A stretch of 64,000 bases of DNA from Podarcis liolepis (taxonomy: Eukaryota): NCBI GenBank assembly GCA_965112155.1, contig OZ218108.1; one strand, 5' to 3'. The notes beneath the pieces were generated by a model, which ran no database searches, was not told the origin of the DNA, and worked only from the letters and a program-made list of their open reading frames with translations. Positions 35,701 through 50,700 of the stretch are shown here, one piece after another (within the stretch, counting starts at the first letter, position 1; each line of letters begins with the position of its first letter). Made by a program: the position numbers and the translations under genes.

Positions 35701-38700
35701 GAAGTGTAAAACTTGCTTGCATAGAACTGAACTCTTACAATAATCTATCTCAACACAGAAGCAAATTCTCATGGTGTCGACCATTCTGCATAGGGGTTCC
35801 ATTCCTGGCCCTTGTATTATTCTGTCCTGCCCCTGTTCCGCCCCCTTCTGGATCCAAAAGGACATCATGTCAGCACAAAATGGTCACTGCCTATATTTAA
35901 ATAGCAATTGCTCTGAATCATCATAACCAATAACTCATAATTAATCCTGAGTGTCTGTTCAGCAAATGCAAAGGTAACTTCTATTATCAAAGCAACTTCA
36001 ATCCAGTGCAGGTTACTTCTGGAGGAGGGACAGGAGGCATTTTCCACCAATTTCTCCTTTTCCTTGCAAATTTCCAGTTCCACCTGCCATCTACCAACTC
36101 TCTGGTGCAGATGGAGGGGGCACGTAGGAGGCTGCAGGGGAAAGCAGAAATCAGCAGACGCTATCTTTCTTGCTTCCACCAACAGAACTTTGGTAGCAGA
36201 ATTCCACTATAGGCAAATCTGTGTGCATCTAATACCACAGTATTTCGAGGTTCTTACCTAGACCAATAATGGCTTTTGTTTGTACCTCCTCATCTGAATG
36301 TTTGGTAAAATACATCAGCAGCTCAAGTACTTTATCCTTAATGTTAACCTATTTAAAGAGGAAACAATGTGGATAATTCAGGGGGGAAAGCTTGGGAAAA
36401 TTTTCATTCATTTAAAAAGTAATCACATAGGAAAATCTGCTCATCTAAGTTTATTTTTCCCCAAAATGTCAGTCTATCCAAATGTAGTAGTAAGCAAATA
36501 AATACTGAATGTTTACCTTGCTGTTGCCTTTAAAATCTTCTTGATCAAAATCAAAATGCCGACACAGTGCACCAACAGTGAAAAGGGATCTAAGGAGTGC
36601 TGGTTTATTTGCTGTAAGTATAGTGCTGTTTGGGTCTTCTTGATGTTGACTTTTTAATTTTGAAAGTGCACCTGCAAAAAATGAAGAATACTTGTCTTCA
36701 TAGTTTCTTTTCCTATTAGATGTTTAATTAACTTTCAAATAATGAAAATTCTGCATAAAAATTTACTTACCATAGTATCTATTAAAGCAGGCCCATACAA
36801 ATTTGTAATTCTGAGTGACCTTGTTTACAACAGCCCCAAGACAGCTGACACAGTGTTGCACTACCTAGAAACAAAGCAGAACACATTAGATTTTGTTAGA
36901 AGTAATTTCTAAGACAATACAAAGCAGTCTGTTGAGAAATCAACATCTTGCTCTTATTTTAGCAGGTGTCAAAAGCAGAAAGCTCTGGGGCTATTATGAG
37001 AATACAATTTTATTCTAATATATTTCTAGCTTTCTTTTCTATAAGAAAACTAACATCTCTATAAGAAGACTAATGCAAATAAAGTGCAGTAAAAACCATT
37101 ACAAAAATATGAAGTCAAGTCTTATTTAACATGAGTACCATGCTAATGCAAATTGAGTTTGAAGTAGAAATTAAACCTTACTGTCATGCCATATTTGATT
37201 ATAAGCTTCATGAGATCTTCTTCAATAGTAGCAAGGAAAGTCTCACTCGGATGTTCCATCAGTGGCACTACTAATTCTAAAATTTTTGCAACGTTGCAGA
37301 TCACCATGAAATCATTTTGACTCTACAGAAAAATATTGCATATGGTTAAGCTTCTTCACTCTTCTTGTGCTGTTATACTACTACATATCTGAATAAAGTG
37401 AGTAACAATAACTCCTAGTGATCAATTCCATCTGTTTACAAATACACCTTGAATGGAATATTAAAAATTATATTGCAGATAGAAAAAACAGTTGCCAGTA
37501 TGTGAGTTTAAACAGTTAGCAACTTTATTATAAATAAATAAATGTTAAACTAGCATCAGCAAGGGTTGACACGAATGGGCATATGAGAAGGGCCCATACC
37601 CCAGCAGAGCTCACTGTAAAGGGCCCCCTAGACCTGATGCAGTGAGGAGGTAGGCTTACTGGGGGAGGGGCATGGAAACCATCTCCAAAACCTGGAGCTG
37701 AAACTGCCCTGAAGCAATCAAAAAAGCATATAAGACTAACATGTAGATATTTGTCTAATAAGGTCCCTTCTGATGTGTACACACAGTGTCTGCATGTTAT
37801 CACACTTTACCCATTTGCCGAGGGAAGCATTGGAGACCATGCAAACCTATTGGGCACATAAGGTTTGAAGCTACCCTGAATTAAAGAAGAGTAATCTGCC
37901 TGAAAAGGAATGCTTTCTGAGGCACAAGAGAGGACTATCAACCTTTTTCCCAACCCGTGATCTCCAGTTTGCAAATTTAAAAGCAGCAAGATGTTTACAA
38001 CAGTTTCCTATGCAGATAACCAATATAAAAATAAAGGAGTAAATCAGGGCAACCCCAGATTCCTCGGGAAATAGGTTACCTAGGTCTGGTGCCTAAAAGT
38101 CAATAGGGAAAGCCAATAACTTTGCTGCTTCCAATTTTCACTTCAAATCATGAGTTTCACATAACATAAGCAGAGGCAATGTGGGGAAACAGTAAGGAGT
38201 ACTTACACTGCATTTAGTGGTAAGATATGGCTGCATGGTCATGGCATGTTTGACCATTAACTGGGGCCTGATTTTGCTGAATAAGAACAAAGTGGTTATG
38301 CAAGCTACCAAGCAACTTGAATTCACACCCTTATTGTCGGAATCTGAAAAATAAAGAAAAAAATGTAAGTATACGTATGCACACACAAACACACTTAACT
38401 AATATTCCATTAAGATGTTCAAATATACAAAAACTGTTGTTAGTATTATTTAGTATCATGTGCGTCCTGGATATATTATGGACAATTAAATCAACAAGCA
38501 GAATTAGAACCAAAGCTGGTTGCAATGGCCAGGTCCATGTGCTGCTTCCTGGGGAGGGGAGAACTGGTAATATCTCATTTGCCCCCCTTCACCCATCAGA
38601 GGGCACAGTGCTACCATCCTCCTCTGACTCGAGGATGAGTGCCCTACTCAGTCTTGCAGAAGTCAAAGGCTACAAAATAAGGCAAGGGCCCTTTAACAAA

Positions 38701-41700
38701 CCAGCCAGCTCCACCAGCAAGGTGTAGATGCCTTAGGAGGAGAATGTTTCATCCAACAGTGCCCCCTTGGAGCTGTCTATTATCCTGTTCCTGTCTACTT
38801 TCTGGTTTGACATGAAACATCTGCTTCCCCTGCAACACTCAAAGCTTCCATGGGAACATTATTTAGATGGGTTTTGATTTCACAAGTACAGAACTATTGC
38901 AATTCAGTTTAAGACCATAAAATGTGCGCTGTGTGCTTCATTTTGTAATGGATATAGTTCTGAAGGCTGGGTCATAAGAAGCTTTCGCTCAATGTGAACA
39001 GGTCCTCCTGTACCTGCTTTCTAGCTACACAATCACATGATCAAGTGTATTTCATTTATTGAATTTATCTGCCACTCTTCCCCTCTAAGGGGACCAAGAC
39101 AACAAACTCACCCACAACAAATTTTAAAAAGCATTCTAAAACAGTTACCATTAAAAATACCTAAAAAGTTACAGGTAAAAATATTTCATCCAGTGATCTC
39201 AGGATGGCCCTTACAGTATTCTTTAGCCACCAAATGCCTGGTATACAGGAATGTTCTCAAATTCCTCCTGAAAGCTAACAGTGTTGGAGGCACACACCTC
39301 ACTACATGAGGTTTATATATGAACACACTTCTGCAATAATTCATACAGTCATGTGGAAGGGTAACTTGAATTCCACCTGGAGCTCTGCTACCCACAAAAA
39401 ATTCTACATAGCTTATGAATGGAATGTAAATAACTGTTTTACCTGCCAGAGATTCTTCATACTTCAGAATGTGTTCAACCAAATTATCCACAAGCTGAGT
39501 ACAGGCTTTCTTTACAGGCTTATATGAAGCATCTTCTTCAGATTTTAGCAACTACAAAGAGATACAATATGGACAATGTTGATACTCAAGGCTAGATTCT
39601 GAGAATATACAAGCCATCTTCATATGAAAGCATGTAAAAATAGGAAAGAACTATATTTCTGCCACACACGGGAAGCAACTGTCAATAGGCCAATAATTTG
39701 CAAGCAGTGCATTGGAGCAAAAGAAAAGTGTGTGTAGTGGGGTTGGAGGAGGGTGACTTTCCTCACACCCTCCTGGCAACCCCCTCTCTGAAATGGCTTC
39801 CCCAAAAGGTCTTGCTCCCATTTCTGGAAGCAACCTCAAGAATCCACCTTCACCTTCAAACTCCCATTCCACAGCCTACCCCATTCAGTATAAACCTTAA
39901 ACTGAGGGAGTTCCATTTTTAGAAAAAATTAAGTTATCTGAACAGTTACTTACATTTTGAAGAAGCTGTTCAAACCAATCATACCCTGTATCTCTACAAG
40001 CTGCAACCTAAGAGAAAATGAAAATTCATTTGCATGTAACTTTTCTACAGTAACATATGTGAATATTAAAACATCAATAAGAAAAGGTAAAGGACTCCTG
40101 GACAGCTAAGTCCAGTCAAAGGTGACTATGGGGTGCAGCTCTCATCTCGCTTCAGGCCAAGGGAGTCAGTGTTTGTCCACAGACAGCTTTCCAGGTCATG
40201 TGGCCAGCATGACTAAACTGCTTCTGGCACAACAGAACACCGTGATGGAAGCCAGAATACACGGAAACTCCATTTACCTTCCTGCTGCAGTGGTACCTAT
40301 TTATCTACTTGCACTAGTGTGCTTTAGAACTGCTGGGCTGGCAGAAGCTGGGAGAGAGCAACGGGAGCTCACCCTGTCATACGGATTCGAACTGCCAACT
40401 GCGAACTGCCCAAGAGGCTTAGTGGTTTAGACCACAGCGCCACCCACAATAGTAATATACCAAATGTAAGTTTTTTCTAACCTTATGACTATTGCTTTAT
40501 GTTACTGTCCCTTCACTCTGTCTAACCTACATTATTTTTGAAGCAGGGACCTCTTTCCTATTAGGCTCTGTAAAGTGACATGCTCATTCATAGTACTAAT
40601 AGGTTTCTGAATAGCATCTCAAATATTTGAAGCACCATCTAAGTTCATTAATCATCACCTTATGACCAAAGCAGACCAAATGTTTTTGGAAACAATGTCA
40701 AATAAACATGAAATCTGCTTTATATAAATGAAAACTATAAAAATATTATACAGTGGTACCTCTAGTTACAAACTGAATTTGTTTCGGAGGTCCATTCTTA
40801 ACCTGAAACTGTTCTTAACTAGAGGCGTGCTTCCGCTAATGGGGCCTCTTGCTGCTGCTGCACCACCAGCACACAATTTCCATTCTTATCCTGGGACAAA
40901 GTTCTCAACTCGAGGTAACTCTTTCAGGTTAGCGGAGTTTGTAACTTGAAGCATTTGTAAGTTGAGACGTTTGTAACTCGAGGTACCACTGTACTGCAGG
41001 AGTATTGTTAAACTCTCTTGAAAATATCTCAATCCATTTAACGTTATGTTTACTTAATCAACTTCAATCCTACATACATGCTATACTAGAATAGTTGATT
41101 AGTTATAGCGAACCTCACTAAAGACCCAGAGTATTTTACATGTATCAAGGGAGATGTGTGCAAACTGCAACATTTGCTTGAGCGCTACAATATGAGAACT
41201 CTCAGTCTTTAAAGAATAAACTAACACTAGGGACAGAGGATAATCACCAATCATGTCAAGGACAATAACAAAATTAGAACACGTCAGACACAACTCAATT
41301 TATCACAATTGATACATTAGTCAATGGGAACAATAGCACTCTCATACCACATCTGTAATGTTCAATATTTTCCTGGTCATTGCTTCTTTGTCATTATGGG
41401 GAGTTGGAGTAAACCACAGCTTCTGGAATGTCTCATTTACTAGTTTCTGGAAATAAAATGGATAGATATTGATTAGGTAAAAGTAGCTTTCCAGAGTCTC
41501 TAAACTTCCAACAAGAGTCTAGAAAAAGCACAACCCACTAGACACACATCACTAGCATTTCAACTTGAATGGAAGGGAAATCAGCACCAATATAGCCTCA
41601 GTCAAGCAACCCCCACCCTGCTGAAGCAGCAACCACCCACTGCTCACAGGAGATCCAAACACTGCTTTTGAGAAGTCCTTTAATCCCTGCTCAGTCCCGC

Positions 41701-44700
41701 TGTCCCGGCTGCACAATCCTGTTACTTGCTGGAAACATGGCATGCTGCTAAGGGCAGGATGTCAGCTGATGGGCATGAGGACAGGGTTTAATCCTGCCTT
41801 AGCAGCATGCCATGACTTCAGTGGATGGACAGGTGGGCCTGGTTTGAGGGAAATGACCTCACAGGCAAAACTGGAACCCCTGCCAACCAAGATGGGCGCA
41901 CAGGTCAGAGGCTGCTCACCCCTGTAGTAAGTGATTTGTTTACTGTACCTTAATGCCTTCTTCATCGTTGACTCTGCGAATCATTTTCACACACATTTCT
42001 GTAATTTTGGGAAATGTTGGTTGTTCAATGCAGATATCCCTAAGAATCTTTATGACTCTTTTTCTGACACTAATACCAGTATCCTGAAGAAGCAAAAGAA
42101 AGAAAAATTTTAATACTGGGGGAAAAATCAGCATGTTACCCATCTTACAAAACATAGGGCAGCTATAATAAGCTGATTAGCAACAGATAACTAATATAAT
42201 GTCTATTAAAACAAGACCACACAGTACTATGATTAATAAGCTAAAACAGTGTAAAATCCTTACAAATGGAGAAAAAATATTCTTAATGTTCACTATTGCA
42301 GTTTGAGATGCTTGTCAGAAACTATGTTTCAACAGAGGTGAACAGAGGACCATCATATTTATTTCATCATAAAGAGCTATGTAAAAATTGAACATAAAAC
42401 GTTAGAATTTAAAAGCAGCCATACCAGTATTCGCTCAATCAGCATGTCATAATACTGTTCAGCAAGCTGTGGTCGACAAAGCACAAACCGACCAAGTAAT
42501 TCCACGGCTGCTTCTCGTACACTAGTGGAATTGTCCATCAACCGTCCATGGACACCACGTTGCATGTCAAGCTATAAGCAACAAGCAAGAAAGAAACACA
42601 AAGTGAGGGAAACCATAAAAGCTGCTTGTGAGAAAAATGTGTGTATGGTTACAGAGTGTTTTCTTTGTTTACCCTGGCTAGAATGCTGGGATCTACAGCA
42701 ACAACCTCAGACAAACACTTCATGGCTTTTGTTCGAACAGCAATTGCATTTTCACCAAGCACACGCAGAATCTAATAAGAAAACAAAAAAATGGCATTTT
42801 ATTTGCTTTTGAAAAGTAGCATGCAATGTTTAACGAACAAAAATGAAGTGAGGAAACATGCTAGAATTGAAGTAAAATGAAAAACCAGCTACCAGAAATC
42901 TAACATAACCTCACCAAAGGGGCACTCAGTCAAACATATTAATTGCACCACCCCATTTCACTCCATGTGAAAGGTCCACATGTTTTGCCACAATTCAGTA
43001 GCCAAGCCATTATTTGAAATAGCCAATATTCCCCTCCTTCAAATCCTTTAACATGTGCACACTTGCATATGTGGAGGACTGGGGGCAAGAGGTACCTTAC
43101 GTCTTGCTGACATTTGAAACTGGCAGAAGCAGAAAGTGTTTGCCTGCTCCAAAGCCCAACTTATTCCAAAAGGAGACTGGGTAGGGGCACCCTGTGTCCC
43201 ACTTGATTCACTTATGGGGTGGGCAGGTGCATCCATTACCTGTGACACTTCTCAAGAATGATGTGAATTGAAGACCACTCCAGAGAATATTACGGCTGGC
43301 TGAACTGTAAGAGGGTAGGATTTTCATTGGCCATCACAGAGAAAGCACTTCCTCCTCACCAAAGATGCATGATTTTGGGGCCAGGAAAATAGACTATCCT
43401 GTCTATACCACTGTTGGCCAGATGCAGCAGTTCATTGGAACTCACTACAGTGAGCCTTGGCTGCTTGTATCAAATATGGTCAGGGAGAAGGTAAAGAGAA
43501 CATCTAGGTCACAGCACTGAGCCTAGGTGAGGGACATTTGCCCCGGTAAGTGGATTTGTGGAGGGCCTGCCCCTTGAAATGAATGGAGGCTGTGCAATAG
43601 CAATGTTAGGTGGATTGTGCCCAGAGTGATATAAAATATGACTGCTTGCTTGTTGATATTGCCTTCTTTAAAGAGGCATCTAAGTATGTGTTTTCTTTTG
43701 ATTTTTTGTGATAATTTTGGATCAAGTCCTCCATAGTAGCTATTCATTATTCTTTCTGCATTTTTAATCCACTCTGGTCAAGAACCACAATGAAGGCCAA
43801 AAAATTAAACAAAGTAGGAGTACACTTGTACTTCTGGAGACCTAACGTGGTGACCCATTCAAACATGCTTGCATTCCTATTAAGTATTAATATAATCAAG
43901 CTATTGAATTACGACATTCATCATGGCAGTACCATGCACTGCAAGCAAACTACTAAAACTATTTTCTAATTTGAGTTATTAGGCTGCTCTACTATGATGT
44001 GTGAATATACACTTTATGAGGTAATATCCTTAAAATTCAAGAATGCAAATAAAGAAGTATATGTAGGCAAAGGACCATTATCCTTTTAAGACACCTTTTT
44101 CACTTAAGGTTCTTGTTACAAAAATGAACAGATGAAATAAGAGTTCAAGGAGGTGTGAAATGCATGCAGGATAAAGAAAAATGTTGTGGAATTGATACAT
44201 AATTATGGAAGCATGTGGTGTTACCACGACCTATTAAATACCTGCGCTTAACAATGAACAGATATTGCACACTACCGCATAAGCGTTTGGAACCAGGAAG
44301 CCAACTGTATTTCACTAAGACTTCTGGCACAGTTTACCTGTGTCAAATAAATATCGAAGCTCTGGGCAAACGGCCTCATAGAGGCCAAGTAGCGAACAAT
44401 CAAGCAAGCATCTTCATAGTCCACAGTATCAGAATTCATCCTGTAAATGAAGGGGTAGAATATTGCTTTAGCATTTGCTTATCAACAGAAGAATATGGCA
44501 ATACATGAACACCAAATGTTGTTTAGTAAATAAAAATGAACTATCTGTGGAACTCACCTTAATGTACTGAACTGAGAAGGTGCCGTTTTAATGATGTTGC
44601 GAAGAAATTTTTTGCGACTTTCTGCTCTGTGCATGATTTGTCCCGTTGTCTCGATTTCTTTTGCATGGTGTGTTCCTTCAGATGAATCATCATCCTTCTG

Positions 44701-47700
44701 AGTTTTCATTGCTTTCTCAGTCTCCATTGTAGTGTCCCGAAACCACTGTGCTATATAAAATTTCCGAGAAAACTGGTGCGGCAGGAGAGAGTGTGGGAAA
44801 ATAAGTCCCAAAAAGGACAATGTCAGAAAGTGTTTCATTGCTTCTACTGTTTGTTGGATATGCTTATTTAGTATATTTTTAATTGATGAAAGCTGTCTTG
44901 AGTATTTTTACAGCAACAGAAAGGAGGGATATAGATTTTCTTAAATAAATAAGACACTAGTATTTTAGAATATATTGATATAAGTTCTTGTTACTGGAAA
45001 TGAAGCAGGGCATTTCCATATTCCAAGCCAACTACATTTTGAATTACATATAGCTGAATTTATCAACTGTATTTTGAGTTGCATATAGTTGAATTTACTC
45101 CAAAGTCATTTTCATGTACAAGTGTTACTTCAGTTTGCAAATACACTTTAACTCCTGGATTATTTACACTACAAAACATGATAAAACAATTATAAACTGA
45201 TTTTTAGAGTCTATGATAAATGAACGTGTTCCTCTACTGCTTATTAAATGTGACCATCATAAAAGTGTTAGGGCCTACTCTTCACCTACACAGAGTGCCT
45301 CTGTCCATGATAATACAGAACTCCTTACATGATAGGAAGCAGAGTCAATGACAAATTGAACCTGGGGTCTTCTGAATGTAAAGCATGTGCTATGTGATGT
45401 GGCCCTTCTCCTTTATGGGGAATATACCACAGTTGTCATTGACTCTGCTTCCTATCAAGTAAGCAGTCCTGTATTATCATGGACAGAGGCATTCAAATGT
45501 GGTTCTGTCATCTCTTTCTTAGGTTATATTACAACCCCACAAACTTTAAAAAGAAAAAAAGTATTGCCAAATTGGAAAAACAAGCATTTTTATACTGAAC
45601 AGTGGTTTAGTGGTAAATTTTTAGTGAAGGAGCTAGTTAGGACAGCTCCCAAACTTCCTAACACTGGGTGTGTATGAAGCAGAAAACAGTTTATAGTAAA
45701 AAGAGGCAATTTGCATGTAATACTAAAACACTGCCATGTAAGGATCAGCAGGGAAAAACACTAGAGTAATACAATTTGCCAGTTTTTTGCCTCATATCAA
45801 AAAGCTACAAGTACATGAACTTTATAACTGTTGGTATCAATCTCTAAATAACCTTTTAGATGTCCATACATACCACCTTTCTATATGTTTAACTTGTGAT
45901 GCCTGTGTATCTAACTTAGTTGCAGTTTAAAAGTTTAAAAGGCAGTAGCCTTTGTGCCACCTCCTCAATTGGTGTGCTAAGGAAGAAAGGCTTATGGTCT
46001 CCCAAGACAGAAGCACTCAGCTTAAAAGGGAACAAGCCAGCATATTTGCAAGGTAAGCAGAAGACCTTCCTTTCCAATGTAGAACCATAGGGTGTGTGTG
46101 GGTGTGCATGTGTGTGCATTTGATTTCGTTCTGCAAACTCTGGCCATGCCCAACATGGGCATACCACCCTCAAGGGGTTGGCCTACAGTTGATGTGGCCT
46201 TCAAGACTGAAAGGGTTAAGTAGACTTTCACTTAAACAACTACAACATACCACTAGTGATGCATCAGTTTCTGTATTTTCTTCCAAATAATCTAACAGTG
46301 CCTTTTGCAGTTGCTGGATTTCATCATCCCCTCCTGAGACCTGTAACACACAATATATTTTAAATAAAATTCACACCCTTCCCAATATCAGAGCACACTA
46401 ACTTGGATTGATTTGATCTAAACACACTTTAAAGTAAACAAATTACAAAACACACCGGGAGCATCAATATGTCACACACAACACGTTAACACACAACAAA
46501 AATAAAAGGTATCAAACAAAGTCGTCATACGCACAATCAATTAGTAGCAAGTGTGTGAAACACCATCTCCCAGCAAACCTGTTGGGCTGCTCCTTCTGCA
46601 GCAAATTTTTATTTTGCCATGAAATTAAATGTTGTCTCTTCCCCCTCACCCTCCACCTCCCACATCACCCCAGCTAACAGCTGGATGCTCCCAGAGGCAA
46701 CTGCCACAAACTTATATTTATGGGTAAACTAATCAAAATGAGAGGTCAAAGGCACTCTTGATTTTTGAGAGTAACACAAAGAAGTCTCACAATGCTATTT
46801 TTCTCATTATTGTTTTGTATGGGATGTTACTCCAAATATTTTATGGACACTAATCTCTACACTGAAACCTGTCTTAAAATAATCAAAAATAGCTTCACTC
46901 AAACCTGTTTTAAAATTCGGGCTATAGATCCTTGATCCATTTTGCTAGTGACTGCATCCTTCCGCAGCCGTGCTGCTACGGTACCAAGATAGTCGAGTGA
47001 TGCCACCCTCAAAGCCATCTCTGTAGATTTATTACTAAATTGATGGACCTAAGAAAATGAAAGAAAAAAATATATAAACTTCATTTTTATTCCCCTCACA
47101 TTTCAAGACAATATTGCTTGATCCTCTCCTACAATAATGGGAAGAGTTCAGTAACATTATTTAGCATTTCACATATAATTCAGGCCACTTCAGATCAAAG
47201 CCATTCTCTCTCCATTTGTAAGAAAATTTCTTCTGCTTCTCATTTAGCATATATTTACAGTTGACCAACATTAACTCATAGATACTTCAAACATAGCTTT
47301 TGAAATCTGGAGTCCATTTCTGTAACCATGCTTAACACTGGTGAGACTTAACATGGAACAGTGATAATAGAGCAGGAGGGAGAAGAATTCAAAGTCTAAA
47401 AGAAGAAATGGTAGGAAAAGGAGTGAAACTGCCTGTTCTTCATCCCTCATCCTATTTAAGGATCACTCTTATATTAAGTCTTCACCAGCTCAAAGCACAT
47501 TGCATTGCATGCAACATGCAGATTCAGTACAATAAGACTATTTTCACAACTTACATCAAAATAAGCAAGCCATTATTAAAAGTGAAGCAGAATTATTGCT
47601 TCAAAAATCCAAGCATCTTACCAACAGTCTTCCCAATAGACTAAGTAGTAACTCCGCAGCTGGCCATTCTGGTTTGTTGACCGTGGAAAGGAGATCCTGA

Positions 47701-50700
47701 ACAAAGTTCTCAAAGAGTGGCCTATAATCTTCTTCCCCTTGCTTGCTACCACATCTGTTTGAAGAAAGCAATGAAAAGGGGAAAATAAGACATAATGAAT
47801 TCACCTTTCAATCAATCCTAGATTTTTCTTTTACATTTTAAGTGAGAATTTTATGGCACTATATATAGAATCATAAATGTGGAACAATAACAGTAATAAC
47901 CCTGATAATCACACCTGGGAGAAGAAGTATGCCTTAACATCCTTTTGATGCCAGGTTAATGAGCACTAAATATAAAAGCACTCATACATTTTTGCCTCCC
48001 CGGAACAAGCCCCTCCCAGTTTCACCATGGACAAGCTCATAAATGTCAAGAGTTATCTGGAAGTGAGGGAGGGACAAAGAAAAGAGAAACTATGAGGGAA
48101 GGGTTGTTTATGATGCAGAAGTGTCAGCATGTAGTCCATGATAACATATTGTTGCCATTGAATGCCAGCCATTGAATGAGAGTTTTGGGTTGATTCTGAA
48201 TGCCTCTGGACATTTTGAGAAGGAAAGTCCCAATGTTCTTTCTCTGTTTGTCCAGATATCCAGGATGTGATAACTGTCCAACAAATCTGACATTGGAGCA
48301 TTTGATGATAGGAATGCTGAGGAAACTGCAGCCCTGATGGAAAGTACGATGATGATGAATGAAACAGGGATGTGTTGTGCTTTGTATGCTAGAGGAATGC
48401 AAAACTTGATCTACTAAGCAATGGTGGAAGTAGATACTTTTTTCACCAGGGATGGTAGAAGGAAACAAAAAGGTTATAAAATTTTCTGAACAATGATGTG
48501 TGTTAGATGTCTATTTTGAGAGCTCTGCACACAACCAATTTATGCCATAGGTCTTTGGTAGAGTGGGATAATTCCTGATATTCTCCAGGGAGAAAGAAAG
48601 AATTATAGAATTGTAGGAGCTTAATAAGGGAGGTAAGGGTAATATTTAGCATGATCCCTGCCTCTTGAGCAAGTGGAAGGAGACAAAGCCCTGCATGGAC
48701 AGGAACACAGAAATAAAACTGATAACAGATGAACAGTTGAATTCTACTCACTTCTTGAGAAAAATGGAAAGGAAGTTTTGTGCTGTTCTCATGGCTGTTT
48801 CATATGAGTTTGTAATGAGGACATCCTGGTCCACCTGAAAATGAACATAGCGCCTGCTTACTGAATGTGTGTTGTGATTTATGCAACAGCAAGTATAATA
48901 CATATGTTTCTCAACTATGGAAAAGGAGATGCAACCTTGCAATCATTTTTGAGTCTAATGAACATGAACAATACCGTATTTACTTGAACCTAACGCTCGC
49001 CTTTTTTGGACAAATTACACTAAAATTAAGGTGCACATTAGATTTGATGGCACATTTACCATATTGGCCTGAATATAAGCCACACCCGAATATAAGCTGC
49101 ACCTTTAGAATTGAAAAAGTAAGTAAATACCCAAATATAAGCTGCTCCCTTTCTCCCTGCTCCTGGCTGAATACTGAGCAGGGGCAGAGCTGCATTGCCG
49201 GCGGCCTTTCCCCTTCCTTGCTCTCTCCCTTCCCGGCCTTGGGGGAGAGGACAGGGGACTACGCCGAGGCGGGCGCTGTTTGCCCTGCGCTCCTGGCTGC
49301 ATACCGTAAGGTTGTGAATATAAGCTGCACTTTAACTTTTCATGGTCGGAATTTGGGGGGAAAGTGAGGTTTAAATTCAGGCTAATACAGTATATTCACC
49401 AGCAAATACTTTTTTTGGTTTCAATGTTCTGGAAATTGAGGTGCTCATTAGATTCAATGGTGCATTAGATTCGGTAAATACGCTACTTCATTATCTTAAA
49501 AACAAAATATAATTCACTCAGCCAATGAACAGGGTCATCAAATAACTCAACCTCAGTTAACACAGTTAGTTGAACATTCATTTCTCACAGTTCTTTCGGT
49601 CTATCTGCTCTGTTGCCCAGGTTCACTTTTCTTCCTCTCTGATATATTCTGTTTACTTGCTTCCTCTCTCTTCAGTGCCTTTTCAACTTCTCCTTCAAGT
49701 GTCACAAACTAACATTTCCCCCTTTGCTCTTTCCCCACATTCCATGCTCAACCCATCACTGGCCCAGCATTCCATGAATTCATAATGATAACGGTAAGAA
49801 CTATATGAACATATGCTAAATACATATATCTTCATAAATCTAAAGCATTTTTTACCTTCTTATTTGACTCCTCTTCAGAATTAGAATCCTTCTCGCCTGA
49901 TGGTAGATGCACAACACACTGAATTAGTTGTAGCACCAGTGCAGTCACCATTTGAATATACATAGGTTCACCATCAGTGTCACTGCTGTTCAGTCTGTTG
50001 AAAAACACAAACCTATTTTACTAATGTTAAAAATGAACCCAATGGAAAACATTAAAACCCTTGGCATTTTTTTTCGATTGGCTTCAATTATTACAGTGAT
50101 CTCAAATCTTATTCCCACAATAGAGATGTGGCTTTGCATTCAAACTAAGCAATAAACCTCCCCCAAAGAGCAGTACATTTCTGGAACAAAAGTTGATCCA
50201 ACAGAAGTGTATCACTTTACTTTGAAGCTACATGATTTAAGCCAGGGATGGGAACTTTTTTCCTCTACACCCCAGCTTGAATACAAGCAAGGTTGTAGAG
50301 GAAGACCCCTGACAAAAACAGGACTTGGAGTTGATGCTGAATTGAAGTCCCACTTTCAGCATGCATCAACTGCATGTGAAAGCTTTGGATCAGGAACCCT
50401 ACTGGAGACTGCAGTCACCACCCATGAGTTATAACAGCAACCCACACCTTCAGAAGGGATCAGCAGCTCCCAAGTGCTATGGAACAATTGGGAGTGCACT
50501 TCAAGGCTTTTGGTTGTTCCTCTGCAGTAATGTCTTTACCTGTCCTAAACCTAATACTGGGTGTAGATACAGATTGACAGGAGGTGTATGGCATGGGGAA
50601 AACAGCCTTGTAGGCCAAACTAGACCTGCTGGGTCTAATTTGGTCTGCAGGCGAAACTTTCCTCGTGCCTCATTTAAGCATTCCTGCCTCACACTCATAC

